A DNA stretch of 64,000 nt from Stegostoma tigrinum (lineage: Eukaryota): assembly GCF_030684315.1 (NCBI RefSeq), contig NC_081360.1, forward strand, positions 43,967,424-44,031,423, in the 5' to 3' direction. This document shows positions 14,101 through 26,100 of this stretch, in pieces (positions within the stretch are counted from its first letter, which is position 1; the number at the start of each line of letters is the position of its first letter). A model generated the notes under the pieces. The model was not told where the DNA came from, made no database searches, and was given only the letters and a program-made list of their open reading frames with translations. A program made the position numbers and the translations under genes.

Positions 14101-17100
14101 GTACATGAAGAGGAAAGGTTTGGAGCTTTATGGGCCAGGAGCAGGCAGGTGTGAGTACTTTAGTTTGGGATTGTGTTTCAAATAATCTGATTGGACTGAA
14201 GGGTCTGTTCCCATATTGTGTGACTCTATGACTATGGCTCTGTAAGTTATCTGTAAAGTGGGTTGCCATTTTGCAATTTCAAATATATGACCATAAGACA
14301 TAGACCAGGTGTAGGCTGTTCAGTTTCTCAAACTTGCTCCATCATTAAATAGGATCATAGCTGATCTGACATTCCTCATGTTAACTTTCCTTGCCCCGTA
14401 ACCCTTGATTTCGCCACTGGTCACAAATTATTCCAACTCAGCCTTAAGTATATACAAGAATTATGTTAGCATATGAACAGCGCGTTGGGCTATGCCAGAC
14501 AGCCCTCGAACCAGCTCTGTCATTAACAAGAACATTGCTGATTCAGATTATAATCTCAAATCCATATTTGTGTCTAAATGTGCCAATGAATTGTCTGGAG
14601 TTCGATTTTCCCTTTTCTGACCTGAAATTAAGCAGGACCTGAAAAGCGAAAACATGAGAAAGAGATATGTTCTTGTCTCTGCTCCACAGTAAATGAAAGA
14701 CTGAAAAATTGCCATGGAGTGCAGTGGAGGCCAGGACGTTGGATGCCTTCAAGGCAGAGATCGACAAATTCTTGATCTCAGATGGAATCAAGGGCTACGG
14801 GGAGAGTGTAGGGAAGTGGTGTTGAAATGCCCATCAGCCATGATTTAAATGGCGGAGTGGACTTGATGGGCTGAATGGCCTTACTTCCACTCCTATGTCT
14901 TATGGTCTTATATTTATACTGCATACAGTTCCAGACTTTGGCCATCATGAATATCAAGGAGCATGTCTTTACACACTAAGCCTTTTCAGGTCCTGTACTT
15001 AGAATAATTACTTTTTAATTGTTCCAGTTTGATCTTAGGTATATAAATCCAATGTTAGATGGCAAAAAGAATTTCCAGGCATTATGTGGACCATAGTGTA
15101 ATTTCACAGTTAGGATTGAATCTCATGTTTAAAATGCATGAGGTCAGATATGTTCTGGTTTGGAAAACACTCAGGTCATGCTGCAACTGTGGATGGAGGA
15201 ACTGAGTTAACTACTTTTCACAAGAAAGTTCATCAACCTGAAACACAAACTCTGTTTCTTTTTCTGCAGACACTCTCTGGCCCCCATATTTACAGCATTT
15301 TCTGTATTGTGTCATATTTCCAGTATCTGCAGTATTTTGCTTTGCTGCATTCCAGTTTGACCCGTTTTGCTGATTTTTTTTTACATGGAGCTTACCCATA
15401 AAGGCCCAACAACTCCAATTAAATGACCAGCCAATTTCAGTTTTATAAATGGTTTTTTGAAGGGTATAATTAAAGGGCTGTAGCTCTTGCTTAGTTAGCC
15501 AAGTTGGATCATGGAAGGAAAGGTCAGAATAGCTTTAATCCATTAGAACTTCAAACACTGCTAATGTATCAAATAATCTTTAAATATTAAAGGCCTTCTT
15601 GTTGGTCTCAGTTTTAATCATTGTGACCTTTTCAGAAGTGTCCTTACACACCTCTGAAGCAGGTGGGACTTCAACTTGTGGACTCCTGGCCCAGATGTAG
15701 AGGCACTGCAACTGTGCCATACGAGCTCCATTAGCTACTAAAGCTCATGAATTAATGTAGAGCTTAACAAAACGATCCAACCCCACAGCAAATATATAAA
15801 TATCAAGCAACATTCTGTTATTGTCAACATTAGTTGAGTGCTTTTGGTTTAAAATGTAGTTGTAGGTACAGTCATGATCCAAATTACAAGATGATTAAGA
15901 AATGTTATGTTTTCGTCAACAGGGATTTGATATACTGGGAGGAATAGAAAGTCATCTGAAACACCTTAATTTAAAGTCTCTGTGCTTGACAGAACTCTCT
16001 AAAGAACATGCTTCTGTGTGTCAAGCAATCAAAGATGCAACTTCAGATGCTCTACTGAAGGGACACCTGCTCTTGAGTAAAATTGACCCACAAAGGTAGG
16101 GACTACACACACCAGTGAATATTACTCAAAGAATGCCCAGAAATTCCACCTTGTGAAACCCAGTGACAATTCTTTACAGATGCATAGCAATTTTAACACC
16201 TTTCTTCTAATATGGTAAAATGTTTGCAGGTTCTTTACTAGAGAATTAGCAAACAAAATGTTTGGTACTGAGCTACATGTGATAAGAGGACAGGTGAGTG
16301 AAAACTAAGTCAGAATAGTTATTTTTCTGGTGTATTCCAAAAGAAGAGCGAGATGTAGAATTGCAGATGATCCAGAAAGCAACCTAGACAGCTGAAGACA
16401 TGGCTGTCACTATCTAAATAGCTAACATAGCAGATATACAGGGATCATGAAAACATGGAGGAGGAATAATTGGTTAGTCAGATTTTTGTTTTTCTAATTT
16501 TCATCCTTTATGCCTTTAGCCATGTCACAGACCGTCTAATTATCATCAAGATGAGATTTGTGCTTATGCAATTGGTGGCAAATGTTTTGTTCTCCCACGT
16601 AATTAAATCTGGACATACAATATCGTAAAATCTTTTTGTTTTTGTATTTTTTGAAAATCCTGGACGGAAATGAAAGAGACCCTTTTTATAAAAAAAGTCT
16701 ATTGTTAAGTGTGGTACAGTTCTGAAATTGAAGTGACCTCACACCTATTAGAATCATTGTATAAACCAATATTTGAACCAGCAATTATTGAAATTAAGGT
16801 TGCAAATGATTTGGAGTCAAGGAGGATGTGCAGGTACAGCTTTTGTTGTCAACAAGAAGTTGATTGGTCTATGAACAAATGACCAGTTATCATTGACAGA
16901 ATTTTTTTCCTGCCAACAACCATGTGATTTTTTTTCTCTGGTAACAAGAAATTGGAGCTGGGTACAAATTACAGTGAGAGAGAAGTGTTTAGTTTTTCCC
17001 TAGCTTGGGAGTGGCATCTCTATTCTCTACAGTTACAGCACATAATAAGCATAAGGAAACACTGTTTATCTTTTCTGTAACCATTGTTGTCAGTTGTGAA

Positions 17101-20100
17101 CTGAGAAGTCAGAGACGTTTTGGAAGTGAACAGACCACTCTGTGTTTCCTACCAAGAACCCGGAGGAAGACGGCTGAATGTGCTAACCAGTGGAAGCCTT
17201 ATAACGATTATTTTTAGAACAGAGGATGGATCAAAGACAACCAGATGCCAACTATTTGCCAACTCACTTGGACTCCTTAAAATTATACTCGGTCAAAAGT
17301 TGAAGCAAAGGGTGCTCATTTTCACCTTTGATTTGGAGTTCAACTCTTTTGCCCATGTTTCATCGAGGCTGTACTGAGGTCAGGTGCTGAGTTGCCCTGA
17401 CAGAAACCAAACTGAGCATTGCTGAACAAGTGCCATTTCCAAGCACTGTTGTCACCCCCTTCTATCAGTTTGGTGATGAGACTGTTAGGCAGTAATACAC
17501 TGGGTTGGATTTGACCTCTTGTCGAATGGAATACCCGAACAATTGTTCGCATTGCGAGGTAGATGCCAGAGTTGTCGATATACTGGAATCGCAGTGCTAG
17601 GGCCACGCCTAGTTCTGGAGAACAAGTCTTCAGTTCTGTTGCGAGATTGTTATTTGGGTCCATAGCCTTTGCCTATCCAGTGCCTTCAGCGATTTTGTGA
17701 CAGAAAATGGAGTGAATTGATTTTGTCTCTTGAATTTTAGCTCTGTCTGTCTCATGCAGCTTCAGCTGTTTTGGCATGTAAGTAGTTCTGTGTTGTAACT
17801 TCACCAGGTTTCCACTGACAGAGTACCATGGAATCAGTGCTGAGGCCTCAAGAATGTGTAACCTGTAGTAATGACATGGATAAAGAAACCTGGTCACAGA
17901 TGTTATCACAGACCTCTGGAGCTGGTGAGACTTGAACTCGGGCTTCCTGGCTCAGAGGCACCACAAGTTGAAATGCAGAGAGAGACTGCAGAGTTCTGAC
18001 TGTGCCAGATTGCACAAAGTTAGCCCACAGGTGCTGCAAGTGTTTCAGAAGGTGAATGGAATGATGACGTTTATTGCTTGGGGAATAGAATATTAATTCA
18101 TTAGAAATTAAATATCTGCAGTTGTATAGAGCATTGACGAAGCCACATCTGGAGTACTAGAGATAATGGGAACTGCAGATGCTGGAGATTCCAAGATAAT
18201 AAAATGTGAGGCTGGATGAACACAGCAGGCCAAGCAGCATCTCAGGAGCACAAAAGCTGACGTTTCGGGCCTAGACCCTTCATCAGAGAGGGGGATGGGG
18301 GGAGGGAACTGGAATAAATAGGGAGAGAGGGGGAGGCGGACCGAAGATGGAGAGCAAAGAAGATAGGTGGAGAGGGTGTAGGTGGGGAGGTAGGGAGGGG
18401 ATAGGTCAGTCCAGGGAAGACGGACAGGTCAAGGAGGTGGGATGAGGTTAGTAGGTAGCTGGGGGTGCGGCTGGGGGTGGGAGGAAGGGATGGGTGAGAG
18501 GAAGAACCGGTTAGGGAGGCAGAGACAGGTTGGACTGGTTTTGGGATGCAGTGGGTGGGGGGGAAGAGCTGGGCTGGTTGTGTGGTGCAGTGGGGGGAGG
18601 GGATGAACTGGGCTGGTTTAGGGATGCAGTGGGGGAAGGGGAGATTTTGAAACTGGTGAAGTCCACATTGATACCATATGGCTGCAGGGTTCCCAGGCGG
18701 AATATGAGTTGCTGTTCCTGCAACCTTCGGGTGGCATCATTGTGGCAGTGCAGGAGGCCCATGATGGACATGTCATCAAGAGAATGGGAGGGGGAGTGGA
18801 AATGGTTTGCGACTGGGAGGTGCAGTTGTTTGTTGCGAACTGAGCGGAGGTGTTCTGCAAAGCGGTCCCCAAGCCTCCGCTTGGTTTCCCCAATGTAGAG
18901 AAAGCCGCACCGGGTACAGTGGATGCAGTATACCACATTGGCAGATGTGCAGGTGAACCTCTGCTTAATGTGGAATGTCATCTTGGGGCCTGGGATGGGG
19001 GTGAGGGAGGAGGTGTGGGGACAAGTGTAGCATTTCCTGCGGTTGCAGGGGAAGGTGCCGGGTGTGGTGGGGTTGGAGGGCAGTGTGGAGCGAACAAGGG
19101 AGTCACGGAGAGAGTGGTCTCTCCGGAAAGCAGACAGGGGTGGGGATGGAAAAATGTCTTGGGTGGTGGGGTCGGATTGTAAATGGCGGAAGTGTCGGAG
19201 GATAATGCGTTGTATCCGGAGGTTGGTAGGGTGGTGTGTGAGAACGAGGGGGATCCTCTTGGGGCGGTTGTGGCGGGGGCGGGGTGTGAGGGATGTGTCG
19301 CGGGAAATGCGGGAGACGCGGTCAAGGGCGTTCTCAATCACCGTGGGGGGGAAGTTGCGGTCCTTAAAGAACTTGGACATCTGGGATGTGCGGGAGTGGA
19401 ATGTCTTATCGTGGGAGCAGATGCGGCGGAGGCGGAGGAATTGGGAATAGGGGATGGAGTTTTTGCAGGAGGGTGGGTGGGAGGAGGTGTATTCTAGGTA
19501 GCTGTGGGAGTCGGTGGGCTTGAAATGGACATCAGTTACAAGCTGGTTGCCTGAGATGGAGACTGAGCGGTCCAGGAAGGTGAGGGATGTGCTGGAGATG
19601 GCCCAGGTGAACTGAAGGTTGGGGTGGAAGGTGTTGGTGAAGTGGATGAACTGTTCGAGCTCCTCTGGGGAGCAAGAGGCGGCGCCGATACAGTCATCAA
19701 TGTACCGGAGGAAGAGGTGGGGTTTGGGGCCTGTGTAGGTGCGGAAGATGGACTGTTCCATGTAACCTACAAAGAGGCAGGCATAGCTGGGGCCCATGCG
19801 GGTGCCCATGGCCACCCCCTTAGTCTGTAGGAAGTGGGAGGAGTCAAAAGAGAAGTTGTTGAGTGTGAGGACGAGTTCCGCTAGGCGGATGAGAGTGTCG
19901 GTGGAGGGGGCCTGGTCGGGCCTGCGGGACAGGAAGAAGCGGAGGGCCTTGAGGCCATCTCCATGCGGAATGCAGGTGTACAGGGACTGGACGTCCATGG
20001 TGAATATGAGGTGTTGGGGGCCAGGGAATTGGAAGTCCTGGAGGAGGTGGAGGGCGTGGGTGGTGTCACGGACATAGGTGGGGAGTTCCTGGACCAAAGG

Positions 20101-23100
20101 GGAGAAAATGGAGTCCAGATAGGTGGAGATGAGTTCGGTGGGGCAGGAGCAGGCTGAGACGATGGGTCGACCAGGGCAGGCAGGTTTGTGGATTTTGGGA
20201 AGGAGATAGAAACGGGCTGTGCGGGGTTGGGGAACAATGAGGTTGGAGGCTGTGGGTGGGAGGTCCCCTGAGGTGATGAGGTCATGAATGGTGTTGGAGA
20301 TGATGGTTTGGTGCTCGGGTGTGGGGTCATGATCGAGGAGGCGGTAGGAGGTGGTGTCGGAGAGTTGGCGTCTGGCCTCGGCGATGTAGAGGTCAGTACG
20401 CCATACTACCACTGCGCCACCCTTGTCTGCGGGTTTGATGGTGAGGTTGGGGTTGGAGCGGAGGGAGCGGAGGGCTGCCCGTTCTGCGGGGGAGAGGTTG
20501 GAGTGGGTGAGAGGGGTGGAGAGGTTGAGGCGGTTAATGTCTCGACGGCAGTTGGAGATGAAGAGGTCGAGGGAGGGTAGGAGGCCTGGGGGTGGTGTCC
20601 AGGAGGAGGACTTGTGTTGGAAGCGGGTGAAGGGGTCAGTGGAAGGAGGGTTGGGTTCCCGGTTGAAGAAGTAGGCATGCAGGCGAAGACGGCGGAAAAA
20701 CTGCTCTATGTCCGACCGTGACTGGTATTCGTTGATGTGTGGTTGTAGGGGGACAAAGGTGAGCCCCTTGCTCAGGACTGACCGTTCGTCCTCAGTCAGT
20801 GGGAGGTCTGGGGGGATGGTGAAGATTCGGCAGGGCTCAGGGTGGCTGTCTCCTCTGGGGTTGCAGGCTGTGGAGGTTGTGGGCGGAGCGATGATGTCGT
20901 CGGCCGTGGGCGGGGTTCCGTCGGCGTCGGCCGTGGGCGGGGTTCCGTCGGCGTCTTTGAACTCGTCCTCACACTCAACAACTTCTCTTTTGACTCCTCC
21001 CACTTCCTACAGACTAAGGGGGTGGCCATGGGCACCCGCATGGGCCCCAGCTATGCCTGCCTCTTTGTAGGTTACATGGAACAGTCCATCTTCCGCACCT
21101 ACACAGGCCCCAAACCCCACATCTGGAGTACTACTACTCTTATCAGCCATGAGCTTATTGAATGGCAGAGCAGGTTTGGGATCTAGACCTTAAGTCTTTT
21201 CTCATTGGCCTGACATTGCTATAATCATAAATCTCACATTGTACGTCTGGACCATATTATTGTAGGACATAAATTTGGGGTGATTGGTAGAAGGATTACA
21301 GAGGTTCTTAGGAAAAACATTTTTACCCAGAAAATGTGGGTTCCTGGAATTTGCTGCTTGGCTGTGTAGTGGATGCAGAAGTACTACCTCATATCTTAGA
21401 GGCCACATTTGTAATTGGCTCAAGCAGTTGAACAATCTAGTTGTGTTCCTAATTTGTATTGCCATATCCTTTACAGCTGATGCTTTGCTGACCTGGCATC
21501 TATGCTGCCCTTGTCCCTGATCCAGGTTGCAGGCTGCTTCATGCCCAATAATTACCCCCTCACAACAAGCAAATCCAAACTACGAGCTGAAATAAAATGC
21601 AGTGCTCAAATCTGGGAATGTGGCTGGATGTGAAGTGAGCGACTGTGCTTCTTCTTAGCTGTCTTCCTATCCTTCCATATGGTGATGTTCCTTCACTGAC
21701 TGGCAGCTTTTTGGTATCTGTAAAGAGAAAGAACAAAGTTAGATTGTGGTGTGGAGAAGGGAGGTTGGGGAGTAATGGATGCATATTTACACCATTTGCA
21801 GCCAGGATACTAAAGGAAAAAGTGGGATGAGAGGAAAGTGGGATATGACAATGTGGATAAGGCACAAGGACACAATGACCTTTAATAATTTGTTAACCCC
21901 TGTGCTATCTTCAGTTCCAGTGGTTTGAAGAATGATGAGCACCATCTCCTCCTTGGGGTAAGGACAGGTTTCTGTGCTACTTAGATGGCACTATTTACAG
22001 TCATGCACTACCTTCTTGTGCAAGAAAGGTGCAGCTGTTGTCGGTGAGCATGGTGTGATATAGCCATAGAGTTTGGACAACTGATAGTGCAGTCAGGATG
22101 TGCAGTGTGGGTTTTATGATTATAGTGATGCAAAGTGGATGAGGACAAAATGAAGGTATCCAGTCTCATTACCTTCTGACAGTTTGGACGGCCTCCAGTC
22201 CCCTGAAGGCACAAATCTTCTCCCCCTCTGTCCACCATCAGAACCAAGATAACATCAGGGAATCAACTCTGTGTGCTTTGCCAGTAATTCTGTTAGATGA
22301 TGCTTTTCCTTCTGTCATTGCCGTTCGTTGCCCCTTCCAGCCCTACTGCCACTGGAATGCACCTCCACTTTAAGGCATGGAGGTTCACTTTCAATAATGC
22401 AGGTTAGCTCAGTTTGGTTGCCTCACGTGAACTTAGGGCCTCTTGCTATGGAGTATTGTTACATGAATGAGCAGGCTATATTTCAACAAATAAGCATGGG
22501 CTAATTGTGCATCATGATCTCCTTGACTATTGACATAAGCTTTTTTAAAATTTTGCATACAAAGTTTTTTATAAGTCATTTGAAAAAGAGTCTGTGGTAT
22601 TTTCACTCTCTTTCAGAATACTACAAATGCCAATTTTTCATAAAAATGGGAAGGCTTAAGATATCTGAGTATAAATTATCTACTGATGTTTGGACTAGAA
22701 TGGCTTTGTAACCAAACCAAGATGTGATTATTGGCGTTTGGAAAACCTTTACAGGCAGCAAGTGGTCAAGATCTAGAATGCAGTGCCTGACAATGTGGTG
22801 AAGGGCAGATTCATTTGAAGCACTTGAAGGAATTGGATTATTATCTGAGAAGGAATGCAGGGCAACCAGGAGAAAGTAGTGGAGTGGTACTGCGTAAATT
22901 GCTCCATCAGACACCCAGCATAGGCAGGACTTGCCGAATGGTCTCCTATAATGCAACAATCTATGACCAAGACTTATGCATTCTTTTTAAAATTTAGAGA
23001 AAACAACCATGTTACTAAATTACTTTAATTTCTAAAGTATAGCCACACGGGCATAGGAAATGCAGAATTTTAATGGTGATTTTAATTCCCCCTTTTTGTT

Positions 23101-26100
23101 TTGTAAGCTAATGTGAAGTGAAACCTAACACAGTGACTTATTAGTGCAAAATATGTATGACCATTTCAGCTAATTTAAAGGAAGTTTTAAAAAAACCCTG
23201 AGAAGCAGCTCTTTTGCAAGTGTTTCTATGTGAGAATTTTCAAATGCTAAAACTTGCAAGGTCAGGAAAGTGACTTGCTTTTTGTGGAAGTGGGATACGT
23301 TACTGACTCCTGCCTATTTTTGTTGCGTGTCTATACTGAATTAATTTAGCACTCTGTCAGTCCCTTTATTGGCTTTGGAAATTTATCAGCAGCTGTCTCT
23401 GTATGTTTAATTTCAGAGCTGCAGGAATTCAGGAGATGATTGGTTACATTCAACAGAGAGTAGATCATTTAACTGGACAATGCTTTGCGCATAAGGAGCT
23501 AGCTTTAAAGAAACAGCAATTGATCACATCCTTTGATGAACATTTTGAAAAGGTATAAAATAATCTAATCCAAATAATTTGTTCTGTTTTGCTAAAATCA
23601 TTATGTTAGGTGACGTTATTGAAGAACTTTGCATTTTGTTGAAATGGTATGCTTCTTAATTACAGTTTTAATAAAGTGAAATGGGTTATTGATTTAAAAA
23701 TTTTCTTTCCAACAGTTTTCCTCCTTTTTAAAGGCTAATCCATACTGAACCTTCAAATTAATTTTGTTACAAGAACCTGAAACTGTAGAATAAGAGACTA
23801 TTCAGTGGAACAAGCACACTTCTTCCAAGGGGCAAAACATATTATAGATTCTCCCAAACTAATGCGCTATGTCAAGGATAAAACACTGAAGAAGACAAAA
23901 GATCATACATTTAATAATATAGCCTCTATCATTAATAGTACATTTAACAGTGTACATTTCTGTCATCAGAAACTCAAATGGCAGAGATTTTGTTTTGTGG
24001 CTTGTAGTGCACTTTAATATATATAAAGATTAAATTGGTTAGCACCAATAATATATAAGTGCTTATTTGAAATTTTCTACTCAATGAGAAAAATATAAAA
24101 TATTCTGGCTGCAGGAAATCTGAAAGCAAAATAAAAATGATAGAAATACATACTTGTTAACTCACCTGTGGGTAGATCATTTTAGGTTGATCTTTTCATA
24201 ACAATTGAAGAAAGATAGAAATGTGGTAGGTTTTGAGCCAGTGAAATGGAGTATAATACAGACTGTACCTCCGTTAGTTGATCATCTAACTACAAAAACT
24301 ACGAAATTCTTTGCTAAACCCAAGCATGGAAAGGCCTTTATCATATTTAAATTCACTTATGATTGATTATTTATAATATTTGATTCTATAAATATGAGAA
24401 GCTACATTAAAGACACATTAGGAGACTTTTTTTCAGATTACAGGTTCTAAGTTAGGATCCTCTTAGTTATTGCAAAGAAAAACCTTCTCCACTTCCTGGG
24501 TGATTTCCTCAATGTGGCAACTGAACAGCAGTCAATCATATGTAACTTATATCACAACTTGAATAAATTTGAGATTTGAGCTCTCCAGAATAATATTTCT
24601 TCTTAAGCTGCATGACTGTGGAGCAAAGCAATAAGCGAGACAACTCTTGTAGTTTGCTAGAGGTGTCTTAGACATAATCCAAATAGCTAGACAGAAGTTT
24701 ATTATTTTTTTCAACAGGAAGGAGCCATGATAGTCAAATATAGAACAACTTTTCTTTTCAGTTTTGTAAACTGAACGTTTTATTTTAGATTATTGCAGTA
24801 CATTGGAACAAAACTATTACTTGAATAGAATTACATATTTTAGAACAGTCACTGGCATTTGAAAATGAATGTCAGACGTAAAGCAAGAGCAAGATTGTGT
24901 AATTTATTCAAAAGTTAACTAAGTTAAATAATGCCATCAAATAATATGAAAAAGCTGAGTAGAACAGTAAGAGAAAATAAATTAATCCAACATAAAAATA
25001 CTTTTAAGATGTATTTTACCTTTTCCAAACTTTTGAAGTAACTATTTTAACTTCATCAAATAAATTACATGTCACATAAAATAAGTTACTATGTCGGGTT
25101 GTTTTTTGGGCAGATTCGCAGATGCTAGATTTGACTTTAAATGTGCAATTTCTCAAGGTCACAGGATGTCTCCAAGCATACAGATCACGCCTTTCCAGTA
25201 CATTAGAGCCAGGTTCCTCTCTTGCCGAAACTGAAGACATTCTGAACAAATATCTAGAAATGGCTGATCAGTTCAAGGTAATTTATATTGGCAGATGTCC
25301 ATTTTGTAAAGTTGCTTGTTTGCTCTCGGTGAAATTTATTGTTTTTTCAACTTTATGTATTGTTGTTGCAATGTAACATAGTAAATTTACTGTGGAATAT
25401 TGTGGAATACAGTAAGAAGTATTATACAGTCCTGATCCTTCACAATCAGAAGTGTTTAACAGTGTAACTTTGGGAAATATCATTAGTAACTTGCTGATAG
25501 TTTTTTTTACTATTTAGCAAATATATACTTACTTGTGTATTTCTTTTAAAATATTATTGATACTGGAGAGAATAGTTTTCATGTATCAGATCACATTGTT
25601 CTTGGTTTTGAAGATGATTCCAAGTTAAGAATCTGTGCAGNNNNNNNNNNNNNNNNNNNNNNNNNNNNNNNNNNNNNNNNNNNNNNNNNNNNNNNNNNNN
25701 NNNNNNNNNNNNNNNNNNNNNNNNNNNNNNNNNNNNNNNNNNNNNNNNNNNNNNNNNNNNNNNNNNNNNNNNNNNNNNNNNNNTAATTCTTTCAAGCCTG
25801 AACTGGTATAACGTGAATTCGAAGACCCGCCTTTTCTGGCCAGGCAAGCATCGCACTGGCCTCAAGTCCACCTCCCGCCAGTTTCTTCTTTACTCTGACC
25901 AACTCCTTGTCGTCATCATCATAGTGAGTGTAACTACACTCAATCCTTTTAGACCCTTCTACCGTACCTGCCCCAAACTCTTCATTGATACTGTTACTGC
26001 TGTACATTTGTTATTTACAATTACCATCACTCCATTTTCCTCTCGTTCTTTGATTTAACAACTTCTAAAGATCGAGAACATTCACCATTCCCCCTATACA

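Larger units (their letters stand above)
18160..21120 (-). mobile_element. Penelope-like retroelement (Neptune-like), 5'-truncated with inverted 5' segment, TSD-flanked
   Basis: RT plus GIY-YIG ORF; 3' pLTR with hammerhead; 20959-21120 is an inverted copy of 19717-19878; ccacatctggagtacta duplicated at 18143-18159 and 21117-21133. Confidence 0.95.

Noticed and set aside
20959-21003. N-terminus [15 protein letters not shown] of the 830-aa ORF as the real protein start
   Set aside because: It is antisense read-through of the inverted 162-bp segment; the element is 5'-truncated at about 20958.
18530-21186. Many overlapping + strand and alternate-frame ORFs in the Penelope element (also 38537-39915)
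   Set aside because: Shadow ORFs of GC-rich, stop-poor sequence; ORF 20842..21186 only re-reads the duplicated RT piece.
21500-22450. Possible Harbinger/Myb-like transposon relics (also about 58600-60700)
   Set aside because: Only a vague resemblance; no TIR, TSD or convincing motif could be read.
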